From positions 744,001 to 808,000 of the forward strand of contig OZ251222.1 in NCBI GenBank assembly GCA_965240325.2: 64,000 bases of DNA, read 5' to 3'. Source of the stretch: Rebecca billardiae RCC1528. Its lineage: Eukaryota; Protista; Haptophyta. The translations under genes and the position numbers were made by a program. Below are positions 32,895 to 45,200 of this stretch, in pieces (within the stretch, counting starts at the first letter, position 1; the number at the start of each line of letters is the position of its first letter). The notes beneath the pieces were generated by a model that saw nothing but the letters and a program-made list of their open reading frames with translations, had not been told where the DNA came from and did not search any database.

Positions 32895-34439
32895 ATGAGC
32901 CGGCTCGAGCAATGTAGGCTGTGTGAGGTGCTCGGACGGGGCTCGTTTGGCAAGGTGTTCCGAGGCGAGCTGCGCGACCCATCCACAGGCATCGACGAGT
33001 GCGCCGTCAAGATCTGCGACGTCGACAACGCCCACGACCACGCGGTCGTGCTGCGCGAGGTGGCGCTGCTGCGCCGCGCAAGCGTGCACCCCAACGTCGT
33101 GCGCTTCTTCGGCGTGCTCGGGCTGGGCAGCTCGGTGCAGGTCTACCTCGAGCTCTGTCTGTGCTCGCTCGCCGACCTCGTCCGCGAGCGCGGCGCCCCG
33201 CTCCCCGAGCTGATTATTAGCGCCGCTGTGCACTCCGTGGCCGAAGGGCTGCACTTTCTGCACACGGAGCTGAACACGGTACATCGCGACGTGAAGGGGG
33301 CGAACATCCTCCTCTCCACCTCCGGCGTGATCAAGCTGACCGACTTCAACGTCTCGGCGACGCTCTCGACTAGCCGCCCGGCGTGCGCCTCCGCCACGGG
33401 CACGCCGCAGTGGATGGCGCCCGAGGTCATCATGGGCGAGCAGTATGCTCAGGCGGCAGACATGTGGTCGCTCGGGGTGACGGTGCTCGAGCTCGCGGAC
33501 GGGACGGTGCCGCACTACTGCCTCGATCCGATGGCCGCCATGTTTCGGATCGTCACGCTGCCGCCGCCCTGCCTCCTCTCGCCCCAGCTCCACTCGCTCG
33601 CGTTCGACGCGATGGTGCGCGCGCTGCTCAACAAGAATGCGCGCGAGCGGCCGAGCGCGGCGCAGCTGCTGGGCTGCGAGTGCCTACGCGCGTGCGGCTC
33701 GGCGGACGAGCGCGCGCTCGTCCTCTGCCAGCTGGCCTTCGAGTATCGCCAGCACCAGGCCTTCCTCTCGGCGGCGGCGCGCGTCCCACTCCCGCCGAGC
33801 TCGGCGCTCGCCATCGACTCGAAGCGCGTCAGCGCTCTCTTCAGCCGTGACCCGGGGCTCGACGCCGAGCGCAAGCGGCTCCGCGGTCCGGACGGGCCGG
33901 TCCGCCTCTCTGACGAGCCGCCCGCCCAGCAGCCCGCGAACTTGACGCTTCCCGCCGGCGCGCCAATCGGCTCGGCCGGTGGCTCGGCCGGGCACCCCCT
34001 GCAGCTGCTCGAGGGGCTCAACCCGACAGGGCTGTGCCTCTCCACGCCGCCCTCGCTCGTGGACGTGAGCGGCGCGAGCTGGGACGAGCGTTACAAGACG
34101 TACGCCGAGCGCGGCGTGGCGGAGCTCGAGCAGGCCCACCAGGACGAGTTTGACACCACCGATCCAGGCACGACCCCGCCGCCGTCGTGCGCCCCGGACG
34201 AGGAGGCCTACGGATGCGAGGCCGCGTCCGCGGGCGCGACAGGCGGTCCCCGCCGCCAGCCGATGGAGGCGGACTTCGTCAATAGCGAGGGCCACGCGTT
34301 CGTCGTGATGCCGCCGCTCACGGCGGGCGCTCTCGGCGAAGGGATGGCGCCGCCGCTCACATGCGTGCGCGAGTCCGGCAGCTCGACGGAGCTCTGCTCC
34401 ACGATGGTGGTCGTGGTCGAGGACTATTACATGCGGTGA
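32895..34439 (+). CDS. STE20-family (MST-like) Ser/Thr kinase
   Basis: LGRGSFG, AVKI, HRDVKGANILL, GTPQWMAPEVI, DMWSLG, PMAAMF; DFN instead of DFG. Confidence 0.9.
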   Translation: MSRLEQCRLCEVLGRGSFGKVFRGELRDPSTGIDECAVKICDVDNAHDHAVVLREVALLRRASVHPNVVRFFGVLGLGSSVQVYLELCLCSLADLVRERGAPLPELIISAAVHSVAEGLHFLHTELNTVHRDVKGANILLSTSGVIKLTDFNVSATLSTSRPACASATGTPQWMAPEVIMGEQYAQAADMWSLGVTVLELADGTVPHYCLDPMAAMFRIVTLPPPCLLSPQLHSLAFDAMVRALLNKNARERPSAAQLLGCECLRACGSADERALVLCQLAFEYRQHQAFLSAAARVPLPPSSALAIDSKRVSALFSRDPGLDAERKRLRGPDGPVRLSDEPPAQQPANLTLPAGAPIGSAGGSAGHPLQLLEGLNPTGLCLSTPPSLVDVSGASWDERYKTYAERGVAELEQAHQDEFDTTDPGTTPPPSCAPDEEAYGCEAASAGATGGPRRQPMEADFVNSEGHAFVVMPPLTAGALGEGMAPPLTCVRESGSSTELCSTMVVVVEDYYMR

Positions 34440-34465
34440 CCACAGCGCTGCGGCGATGCCGCCAC

Positions 34466-34478
34466 CAGCAGCAGCAGC

Positions 34479-34513
<35 letters not shown>
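34466..34513. repeat. (CAG)n microsatellite just 3' of the kinase stop
   Basis: About 16 CAG units with one CGG interruption. Confidence 0.9.
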
Positions 34514-34516
<3 letters not shown>

Positions 34517-35136
34517 GCATTTGCTTCGTGCTCATGCAGCACTAAGCTACCGTGTTTGCGCTCGGGCTACTTTGGTGTGCGCGTCGATGGTCATCAACGC
34601 TCGAATGATCGATGACGACGAGCGACCACCGCACGGGTGCGGAGGTATGACTACGGTATGAGGTAATTGGCGCCGTGGCCTGGGACGGCTCGGCGGACCG
34701 TACTCGGACGCCGGGCGACTTGAAATCACACAGCACCCGGACGACGATATCTACGGTAGTAGCTAGGCATGGTGTAAGAAGGCTTTCCAGCAGTACTAAC
34801 GAATAGCTCGTCAGTCGTCACCCGACGCAGTTCTTCAGGGCTCAAACCTCATCATTGCAGCGGCAACGGGCAAGTCGTCCGGTCACGGAGTCCGGGGCTT
34901 GGCCGAAGGCGGTTGGCCAAGCAGACCGACGCCGCCCTCCGCGCGCCTGCTCAAAACCACGCTCGTCTTGCAGGTCCGGCATCCGCGCGCACCTCGCGCG
35001 CGCTGCCCCGCGTTTGCGCCCGTCGATGTTGCTGGCCGTTGCGACTGTAACCAAGCGCTTGAGCGCTTTGCGCTGCTTCCAATCTTCTGCGATCATCACC
35101 GCCCGCCGTGACGCATGCGTGGACACGGCAACAGGT

Positions 35137-36167
35137 ATGATGTTCACGGGGTCGCACGTGCCGAGCGACCTGGACGTAGCCGAGGCTTCGGCGGTTCCTG
35201 AGCACAAGCGTAAGGCGCAGAAGCAGCGGCTGACACATCACGAGCCGCCCGTTGACGAGTCCGCGCAGCCTGTGCTCAGCGAGTACGAGGTGTGGCGGCT
35301 TGCAAACATCGGCGAGAACCGCGCGATGCTGGAGCAGCTCGGCCTGATCAACCAACGGGCCGCAGCGGCGGACAAGGGCGAGAAAGATGGCGCCCGGGGC
35401 GTGACGGCGCGAAAACCCAAGCGCGTGCCTTCGACGCCGACCGAAGCAACGCGCCGCAGCGCGCGCAAGCGCCGCAACATCTCGTACTGCGAGGCCCGCA
35501 TGCGCACGGCGCCCGCACACGAGCTTGCAGCTCGTGTGCCTGCGGATGGGACGCGCCGCAGCGCGCGCAAGCGTCCTGACGTCTCGTACTGCGAGATCCG
35601 CGTCAACGCGCGACTCGCAAAGCCGGTGCGCACGCATGCCCCAGTCAATTTCGCCCACAATCGGCCAGCTCAAGCGCCGATCGCGCGGCCTGCGCCAAAG
35701 GCGGCCGCGCTCATGCAGACCGTCCGCCGCGTGGCCTGCGCGGCCGGGCGAGCGTTCTGCTGCCCGTAGAACGGCTGCAACACCCGCGCATTACATCGTG
35801 GGAACCTCCTGGTGCGTGCCCATCGCGCGGCGAACGCGCAATCGTGTGTTGGCTTCTGACTGACACCAATCCCCACTTGTGTGAATTGTGGCTGATCTGC
35901 TGTGCGCAGAGGCACGTGCGCGCTCACACGGACGAGAAGCTGTACGCATGCGAGCTGTGCGGCCTGGCCTTTACCAAGCGGCTTAGCCTTGAGGTACGGG
36001 CATGCGGCCGGGCCCGTGCGGCTATTCAATAAATCATGAAATAGCTGCTCATGCATTCTGGCTACACAGTACTATGCCGGGCCGCTGCGCACCCGCCGCA
36101 CTGCGGCGTGCAGAAGCACATGATTGACGTGGTCATGATGGGCACCCACAAGGGTAAGCGGCAGTAA
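35137..36167 (+). pseudogene. C2H2 zinc-finger gene, probably pseudogenised; introns 35812-35909 and 35994-36113
   Basis: LSEYE..RLANI..N.AML.QLGL motif; spliced product FCCP*NGCNTRALHRGNLL|RHVRAHTDEKLYACELCGLAFTKRLSLE|KHM(IDVVM)MGTH has a TAG inside finger 1 and an apparent 15-nt insertion in finger 2. Confidence 0.7.
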
Positions 36168-37034
36168 TCGGAGTGCGTGTCGTCACTGTCGTGATCTCGT
36201 CCGCGCCGCGCCGCTCATATGCACCGAGCATCATCAAGTATGTATCATCTTACTCTGCGGTCTGCCTCTGAGAAGATGCTGCGCCGTGACGACGCGATAC
36301 TAGTGGATTACCATTACTGCGGCCTAACTAACTACTAAACTAGGCAGAGCCGTTGCCTGTAACCTCGCCTGATGGTATGAGTGTCATCATCAGTGTGTGG
36401 CGTCTCACAGTACTCACTGCCTCGTCGGAACCGTTCTGCACCAAGCGGGAGTATCAGCCTATGGCAGGCCGTAGTAGTACTACTGCTGTAGCGGAACTCC
36501 GCCGACTGACAGTCTACTGGTTATTCTGGTCTCACGACGTTACTGTCAATGTCATTCAGTCACGTAGGTTTACTAGCAGCTATACAGAAGTAACCGTCAG
36601 ACTGGCGGCCGCTCAGCCGATCCGAACCGCCCGTGCACGGACCGCCGCCCGCCTGGCGGACGGCGAGTCCGGGCGCGGACGAAGCGGCAGAGCAGGCGAA
36701 AGATGCCATATCACGACGGCCAGTCACGGAGCCGTCGCCGCCGAGACACGATTCCACGGTGCCGGCGACAGCTGACTACAGTTTACTCAAGAATAAGAGA
36801 CGCACACAGCTCCTAAGGCACAGTACTGACGGCGGAGGCCCCGAGCCGCTCGCCGCCACTTATTAGCCACTTGCCCGAGTTGATGTCTCGGGCCGGCATC
36901 CGCTCCGCGGAGAGCAAACCGCCCGAGCGCACGGCATATGTGTCGGTCGGCTGTCAGCCCGGGTGCCGATGCGCCGGGTGGGTGGCTCGAGTGCCTCAGT
37001 GGGGCCGAGTCGGTTGCAGCGGCAGCAAGCAAGT

Positions 37035-37763
37035 TCAGCGCAGGCTTGTGAGGTGTGGGATGCAGCTCACATCGCCCATGCAGCCATTGATGACCTGGGC
37101 CATCCGTGTGAGGTGTGACTGCCAGGCACCCAGGCCGGACACGGAGGCTTGCTGCGGCGGGAATGCGCTCGCGCCTTGGCAGAGCTGCGCGGCCATGGCC
37201 CGCTGCACCTCGCGCTCGAGCAGCAGGAGGAAGGGCATGTTGGCCGGCGTTGGCGGCGCGCATGGTGCAGGGAAGTTGTACGTCGGCGCGGTCGCAGGGA
37301 GCCAGGGCATGGCTGGAGCCTGCGGCAGCCCCATGTCGAGGATAGGCAACGATGACGCGTACATGGATGCCGGGTCGGTCGGCGTCGTGGTCTTCGCGGA
37401 GGCCGGCATGCCCTCTGCTCGTGGCTTGAGCTGCTGCTCGAGCGGCAGCGTGGCAGTGAGCATCGCATGCAGCAAGGGCTCGGAGAGCACGTGCTCGGCC
37501 GGGCTGGCGTGCGAAGGCGGGGGCGACGGAGTCGTATCGCCGTTCTTGCGTGCGCGCTGCCGGCGATTTTGGAACCAGATGCGTGCCTGTTGCGGTCGCA
37601 CGCCGAGTGTCCGAGCGATTGCATCGACGGTCGCCGCATTCGGCGTGTCGCACACGTCGAACACGGCCTTGAGCAGCGCCCTCTGCCCGGGGGTCGGCTT
37701 CCACCGCCGGAGAATGTTCGTGTCCCGTTTGGCTGGGGTGTGGATGGACGCCGACGGCGGCAT
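37035..37763 (-). CDS. homeodomain transcription factor
   Basis: RRWKPTPGQRALLKAVF...P......IARTLGV...QARIWFQNRRQRARK. Confidence 0.9.
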   Translation of the reverse strand: MPPSASIHTPAKRDTNILRRWKPTPGQRALLKAVFDVCDTPNAATVDAIARTLGVRPQQARIWFQNRRQRARKNGDTTPSPPPSHASPAEHVLSEPLLHAMLTATLPLEQQLKPRAEGMPASAKTTTPTDPASMYASSLPILDMGLPQAPAMPWLPATAPTYNFPAPCAPPTPANMPFLLLLEREVQRAMAAQLCQGASAFPPQQASVSGLGAWQSHLTRMAQVINGCMGDVSCIPHLTSLR

Positions 37764-38593
37764 CGAGGGCGTGGTGTGCAGCGCCGTGGAGCGGTCGAGC
37801 GGAGCGCTCTCGATGGGTAGCTTACAGTTTACTATGATTTAACGTGCACACAGTGGTAAAAGGGGGATGTGCGTGCGGGCCCGTGCGTGCGCCGGTATGG
37901 AGCGCTCGTTGGAACTTGGCGGGGCTTGGAACTTGACACCGCATTTCCCAGCGAAGTGCCCCATCTCGGCGGGGCTGGCACGGTCGGCACACGCTCCTGA
38001 GCGCTCGCTTCGCGGTGCGGCAGGCCTTGGGCAGCCCAGACAGACATGCCGCGACCGAATTACCGGGCCATGCGCGCACCACACCCGCGCCACATGGCCT
38101 GCGCGCTGGACGACTGAGAGGCAACGCCGAACCACTGCATTCCACTGCCCCGCATGCACCCCAAGTCACCTTCAGAGGGCGTCGACGAGCGCAGAGCGGG
38201 TGCGTGGGAGTTCGACCAGCTCGTGTACCTTCTTGCTAGCACCAGCGGCGAGGTCGCAAGCCGAACCTTGACCAGCCGTGGAACTTGAGCTGGTCGGCAG
38301 CAAAACCACCGTTTAACCCGGATCAAGTTAGCAGCGTGCGAGGAGGAGGCGCGGTGCGCGTCCGCGGCTGGCGAGAGGCGTCCGGACCGTGCCGTTCTCG
38401 GCCGCGCCCGCGCGCTTCCCGCCGCCGCGGGCCCCGTGTACGCCCGTCGTCGCCCTCGCCGCGCGGGCGCCAAACCGGCGTCAAGTTCCAACGAACGCTC
38501 CATACCTGCTGTTTTGGAGGGATGTGGTGCGAATCTCAGATTCAAATCTCCACCCGCGAGAGATTGAACTTGGTTAAAATCAATATCAGTCAG

Positions 38594-38680
38594 ATGATCA
38601 TGTTGATTGTTGAAGGTAGAGCACCCTCGAATGATCATGTTGATTGTAGTTGTCATTTGTTGAAGGTAGAGCACCCTCGA
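38594..38680. repeat. tandem duplication (~37 bp) with an internal insertion in copy 2
   Basis: ATGATCATGTTGATTGT...TGAAGGTAGAGCACCCTCGA occurs twice in succession. Confidence 0.85.
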
Positions 38681-39286
38681 AGCTATAGCAGACGTCATCA
38701 ACTATACTGATCTTCATGTCAAATTCGCACTTTTCGGGTGATCAGATCCAATATTCTCTTGTGATCCCAAAAATGTTCTCCGCCCCATCAAGTAATTATG
38801 GAGTAATGAGCCATGCTAATACAAAAAAGTGCAACCATTTTCAGGGAGCAATCGCGTGTCACGAGTAGCTTGAAACCTGATCGCGTGGTCATCATCAGAA
38901 GAATGGAGATGAACCTGATCTATGGATAAATTCCAGGCAGAACCTGGTTCACCGGACGGTAGTTGGGGTAAGTTCAGACCGGGCAGAATCCAATCCAGCG
39001 ACGCCCTCCAGCGCGAACTGAGTCTGATGGCTCCCTGGACGCCGCGCATCACAGCTACATGCCGGCGCCGCGAGCACTAGCCAGCTCGGGCTCGAGCCGC
39101 GGCATACGCGCGCACGCGGGAATCAAGGGCGCACTGGGCCGGCTGGACCAGCTGCTACCAGCGGCGGGGACAGCCAGCGCTGACATCTGAACCGCTAATG
39201 TCAGCGGTTCAGATGTCAGCGGTGGCGAATGCCCTTCTCTGCGCTGACATCTGATGATCGATTGATGAACCGCTGACATCAATCGA

Positions 39287-42200
39287 TCAGCACGTGCCGA
39301 CCGTGTGCATCCAGTGGACGCAGATGCCGACCGTCGTGGCGAGCAGCTCGTTGATCGCCTCGCCCGTCGCGCCGCCGTTCGCGAGGAGGCGGTCGAAGAG
39401 CACGGGGACGAGGACGACCACGGCGATGACGACGGGCTCCTCGATGCTCAGCGTCTGCCCCTCCGCGAGCGTCCAGCTGAAGAGCAGGTAGCGCGTCTGC
39501 TCGTTGCCAAAGCTGAACGCGTACGCCATCGCGAGCAGGGCGAGCGCGACAAAGATGGCCCACATCGAGAGCCACGCGAGCGCGAGGCGCACGCGCGGCG
39601 GGAGCGCGGTGGCGCGGAGCGCGCGGGTGAGCACCCCGCGCAGCCCGGCCTCCGCGCGCGCCGCCGCCGCCACCTCGTCCTCCACCATCTCGTCGTACCA
39701 GTCGACGAGCTCGGTGAAGGAGATGACGCCGTCGCCGTCCGAGTCGAGCTCCTTGGCGAGCGCGCGCACGCGCCGCTTGCCCAGCCGGAAGCCGAGGTTG
39801 TCGAGCAGCGCGCCAAACTCGGCGAGGTCGACGTGCCCGCTGTCGTCGGCGTCGAAGAGCTTGAACTTGTGCCGCAGCAGCTCGATCGTCACCTCGTCCA
39901 GGTTGTGCCCCGCGCTGGGCTGCATGGTGGCCGACGCACCGTCCGGCGCGGCGGCGGCGGGAGTGGCAGTGTCGGCGGCGGGCGGCGCGGCCGTGTCGGC
40001 GGTGAGAGGATTGGCGCTCGAGTCCGCCGGCGGCGCGCCCGTGCTTGATGGCGGTTGCGGTACAGGCGGGCTCGACGGCGGCGACTGCTCCGGGAGCATG
40101 ACCGGCAGCCTGGTCGCGCCGCTGAGCTCGCCCTCGTCCGCCGTGTCGTCGCCGCCCGCGGTGGGCGCGAGCTCTGGGCCGGCGCGCGGTGAGGCGCGCC
40201 GCAGCGCGTCGGCTTTGCGGCTGTCTCGGCTGCCGGAGCGGCGGCGCGACGAGGGCGTGTCCGGACTCGTGCCTCTATCGCCGTGGCGCCCGGCCGCCGA
40301 CGCGTCCGAGCGGTTGGAGCCCCGCGAGCCCGGGCGGATCGAGCCAGCGATGCCGTGCGGGGTGAGCACCGGCTCCGGCGGCGGCATCGCGGGTGGCGCT
40401 TCCGCGCCGCGAGCTTCGGCGCCGTCCTCGGCCTGCGCACACGCGGCGGCGATGGTGACGCCGCGGATGCCCGGAGAGCCCGCGCTCGAATCGGCGGGGC
40501 CGTCCGAGCCGTCGAGCGCAGGCGGCGAGCGCACGGGGCTGGGCGTCCCGACCGAGCGGCTGCTGTGCGACTGGGAGAAGCGGCGGGCGGAGCTTGCGCC
40601 GCTCGCACCGTCGCCGGCCTCGTCGGCCTGGGGCGAGACGGCGGTGGCGGCGGCGGTATCGAGCGGGCTGACGCGCAGCCGGGGGTTCGCTCGCGGCACG
40701 CCGCCAGCCGGGGGCAAGCCGACCGGCCGCGGCGGCCCTGGGTGCACGCGCGCGTCCGACTCTGCCGAGCTGGCCGTTGACACGCGCTCGATGCGGGCGG
40801 GCATCTCGGAGGCGGTCTCGCGTCGCTCCTGGCTGGCTGGCCCGAAGGACACGGGCGCCGCGTGCTGCGGCGTGCGCCCGCCGCTGCTCCCGGTCGTGGA
40901 GCCAGGCGAGGCGGAGAGACGAGTGTGCTTGGGCGCGCACGCCGAGGGCGGCAGGACTGGCGGCGGACGGCTGGGCGCGTCTGCGGGGCCGCGCGACGCA
41001 GCGTCGATCATGACCGCGGCGAGGCCCGCGGCGCTCCCCGCGGCGGCCTCGGGCGCAGGCGCGGCCGCACGAGCGCCGTTCCCCGCGTGGCGGGACTCAG
41101 GTGGAGCGGGCGGCGCGTTGCGCGGCGGCGGCGGCTTGGGGCGCGCGGCCGGAGCGGTCGCGCGCACGGAGGCCGAGGCGGCGTCGGCGGCGACAGCGCT
41201 CGCGCTCGGCCGTTGCGCCGCGTCGGCCGCGCCCTCGGCCGAGTCCGCGTCGGGGGCAGCGCTCCACGCCGCGCCACCACCCGCGCCCGCCGCGCCCTCG
41301 GCCCCGAGGAGGCCACCGCCGCCGCCGCCGGTGTTCTCCAGCAGCCCGCGCGGCGAGGGCACGGGCGAGGGCTGCGGCGGCGGCGTGGGCGTGGCGGCGG
41401 CGCCGCCCGGCTCGTCGTCGCCAGAGTCGTCGTGCAGGGGGTCGATCAGCGCGAATGGAGCGCCGACGCGGCCGGGCGTGGGCGGCGACAGGCCTGGCCG
41501 CACCTCCGTCGCCGCCTTGGCGGCGGCCGGCGCAGCCATGCTCGGCAGCTCGAACCGAAGCCACGAGCCGCCCGAGCGCCGGTCTGAGAAGCGCCGGCGG
41601 CGACGCCGTCCGAATGACGAGCCGCCGAACGAGCTGCTGAACGAGCCGGAGCGCGAGGTGGAGCGCGAGGTGCTGCGCGACGCCTCGCGCTGCAGCAGCG
41701 CGCTCGCCACGCCCTTGCGCACGCTGAGCGAGAAGGGCGCGCGCTCCGCCTCCCGCTCCTGCAGCTCCGCCCTGAGGAACGCGGCAAACACGCGCTTCGA
41801 CAGAGGCGCGGCGCGCCGCCCGTAGCCCCAGCGGAAGAGCGCGCGGAAGAGGGCGAGCGCGGGCGCGGTGAGCGCGGCGGTGAGCAGCGCGGTGAGCACC
41901 GCGTGCACCACGTTGACCCGCTCGGACGAGCCGCCCGCCTCCGGCGCGTCCGAGCCCGAGTAGAGCATGCACGTGATCACGAGGCCGAGCATCGCAATGT
42001 TCCAAAACGTCTGCGCCAGCTCGGCGCGCTTCGCGTCCTGCGGGTCGGCGAAGAGGATGCCGAGGAGCGAGTGGTCGGACTGGATCTTGATGAGCACGCG
42101 GCGCAGTAGTGCCGTCGCCGCGTGGTCGCGCGTGCGGTCCGCGCCGCGCGGCGCCGCCGGCGGCGCGACCGTCGCGACGGCCGCGCGCGCGCGCCGCCCT

Positions 42201-45200
42201 CTGAACACGCGCTGCATCGACGCCGCCGCCGCGTGCCGCTTCTGAGCGACCAAGTCGTCGAGCGCGTCGAGGCGCGCCTCGAGCCGGTCGGCGATGTCGC
42301 CGCGCGAGTCGGCGCGCGTCTGGCGCACCGCCTCGTGCGGCTCGGCCTCCGCGCCCGTCGACGGGCGCGAGGCGAGCCCGGCCGCGATCGCCTGCGCCAG
42401 CGTCTGCACGGCGGCGCCGTCCGAAGCGACGGCGGTGGCCGCGCCGCCGTCGGCGGGCGGCGGAGGCGGCGGCGGCTTGGCGAAGGAGGCCGGGGCGCTG
42501 CTCGGCGCGCCGGGCGGCGCGCCGCCCGTGCGCCGCGCCTCCCGCGCCGCCGCGCGCTTGAGCTCGCGCTCGGCCGCCTCCTTCCGCGCCAGCCGCTCCA
42601 TCGCGCGGTCCGTCGAGCGCTGCGCCGCGTCCGCCGCCGCGCGCCGCCGCTCGGCGTCCGTGCCGCCGCGGCCGCGCAGCGTGCGCAGCCCTTGGCGCGA
42701 GAAGCTGAAGGAGCCGCCGCGCGTCGTGCGGCTCTCGGAGGAGGCGCCCGAGCGCGCCGACTCGCTCCCCTTCGCCGTCGGGCTGTCGGGCGCCGCGCCC
42801 TTGGGCGGCGGCAGCGCGGGGTGCAGCCGGCTCGTGAGCGCCGCCAGCCGCGCGCGCCGTCGGCGCGCGTCGCGCGCGTCCAGTGCGCCCAGCAGCGCGA
42901 CGCTGAGCGCGCACGCGGCGGAGAGGCCGATCACGGCGCCGTAGATGTACGGGTTGGTCTCGAGCGACGGCGCGGAGGCGAGCGGGCGGCCCAGCTCGTC
43001 CACGCTCAGCGTGTTGATCGTGAAGCTCTCCACGTCCTCGCGCGCGCCGTCCGCGGACGACGGCACGGACACGCCCGCAAAGTCGGTCAGGTGCGTGCAC
43101 GCGCAGTAGCGCGCGGGCGCGCCGTCGTCCGCGCGCGCAACCACCGTCTCGCAGCCGTCGTCGAGCCACGCGCTCGACCCCTCGTCCCACCACACGCAGC
43201 CCCACTCGCCCGCGCCGCCCGCGCCGTCGAGCCCGGGCACCTCGACCAGCACGCGCCCGTCGTCCGGCAGGTCGGAGATGGTGAGCGCCAGCCCGGCCGA
43301 CGCCGAGTAGAGCGTGACGGAGAAGACGGGCGTCACCAGCCCCGACGCGACGGCCGTGCCGTTCGCCTGCGTGGACGGGTCGCCGTGCACGTTGCGCGCG
43401 GAGGACCAGAGCACGACGTCGACGCCGCCCTCGAGCAGCTCGAGCGGCACGCCGCCGAACACGCTCGCCGGCACGCCCACCGAGCCCGCGCTGCCCGGCC
43501 CGGGCAGCGTGATGTTGCTGAGCGCGCCCGCGTCCGCGCGCGCCGCGCTCACGTTGATGGCCTTGCCCACGGCCTCGAAGGGCGCCTCGCCCGGCACGGT
43601 GCCGGCGAGCAGCGCGGTGGCAAGCGCACCCACCGCGCTCGTCGCCGCCGCGCCCACCGCCTCCGCCTCCGCCGCGCTCGGCGGCGCGTCGGCGTCGGCG
43701 TCGGCGGAGAGCGCCGCGTCCGCCGCGCGCAGCAGCGCGGCCGCGGTCGGTCCGTCGACGCCCGACGCGGCCGACTGCGACGCGAGGGCGGCGACCTGCT
43801 CGAGGCCCGCGGCCTGCGCGGAGGCGTCGAACGCGCCGGGCGGCGCGGCCTCGAGCACGGCGGCGAGCGCGGACGCGCTCGCCGCGCGCGCCTCGGCCGT
43901 CGGCGCGGACGCCTCCGCCGCGCCCGCCGTGAGCTCGAGCAGCCGAGCGAGCGTGGCCGAGGCGACGGTGGCGTTGTCGCCGCCCGCGGGCGTCGCGTCG
44001 AGCGCGTCGGCGAGGGCGCTCACGAGCTGCGTGGCGGTCTCGGCCGCGCCCGTCGCGACCGCGGCGTATGCGCGCGTGAGCACCGAGTCGAGCAGCCCCG
44101 CGCCCTCGCCGGGCGGCGCGACGGCCACGGCCGCGTGCGCGTGCGCCGCGCCGCCGAGCGCGTCCGCCACCCTGACGGTGAGCGTGCGGTTGCCCGCGGG
44201 GAGAAGCGCGGCCGCCGAGGCGGAGGCGGAGGCGGCGCCGAGCGCGGCGGCGTCGGCGACGGCGGCGCCTAGCGGCGCCTGCGAGAACGCGTAGCTTAGC
44301 GGCAGGTCCTCCTCGTCGTCCACCGCCCACCCCGCTGCGTACAGCGCAAAGCTCGTCTGCAGCGCCACGCCCGACGCCGGCGCGACCGCGAGCCCTCCGC
44401 CGTACGGCGGCCGATTGATCGTGACGCGCACCTCCGTGTAGGCGGGCTGCGCGCCGCCGAGCACGGCGAGGCGGAACGCGTACGTCGCGCCGGGCGCAAG
44501 CACGCCGCTGCGGAACGCGACCGTGCGCAGCGCCGCGCCCGTCGTGGTCACCCGCTCGCTGTCCGCGAGGTCGAGACCGGCGGGCTCGAGCGCGCCGGCC
44601 GCGCCCACGCGCCGCGCGCTCCACTCGTAGCTGAAGCGCGCCTGCCCCGCCGCCTCGAGCGCGCGCGAGGCGGCGTCGAGGCGCGCGATGATCGTCAGCC
44701 GATCGGGGTTCCGCTCGAACACCGCCGGCCACTTGCGCCGCCCGAGCGGCTCGAAGCCGAGCGTGGGCACCGCGCCCGGCACCGCCTCGAGCGCCACCGA
44801 CGCGGCCGCGGGCGCGCGGCCGGGCGCGGACACGCGCACGGTGAGCGCGTACACGCCGGGTGGTAGCGTGCCGGGCGCGAGCTCGAAGAGCGCGCCGCTC
44901 GTGTTCGCCGCGGACGGCTCGAGAGCCACCGGCTCGAGCGAGCTCGCGTTCGCCACGCTCCACGCGAACGACAGCGGCGGCGTGCCGCCGTCGCCGCCGT
45001 CGGCCGTCGGCGCATCGGGGTCGAATGACGCGGAGGCGTCGACGGCGAGGCGCAGCGAGCTCGGCACGCGGCGGTCGCCGCCGGCGATCACCGCGCGCAG
45101 CGGCTGCCGCGCGACGAGCACGCGCACGCGCGCCGTCGACGCCTGCGCGGGCGCCGCCGCCATGCTCGCCGTGAGCGCCAGGTCGTACGCCCAGCCGGCG

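Noticed and set aside
7751-35769. Genome-wide UAG reassignment suggested by two in-frame TAGs
   Set aside because: Other genes end at TAG (6592-94, 13169-71, 31108-10), the two sites imply different residues, and the C2H2 gene has a second lesion.
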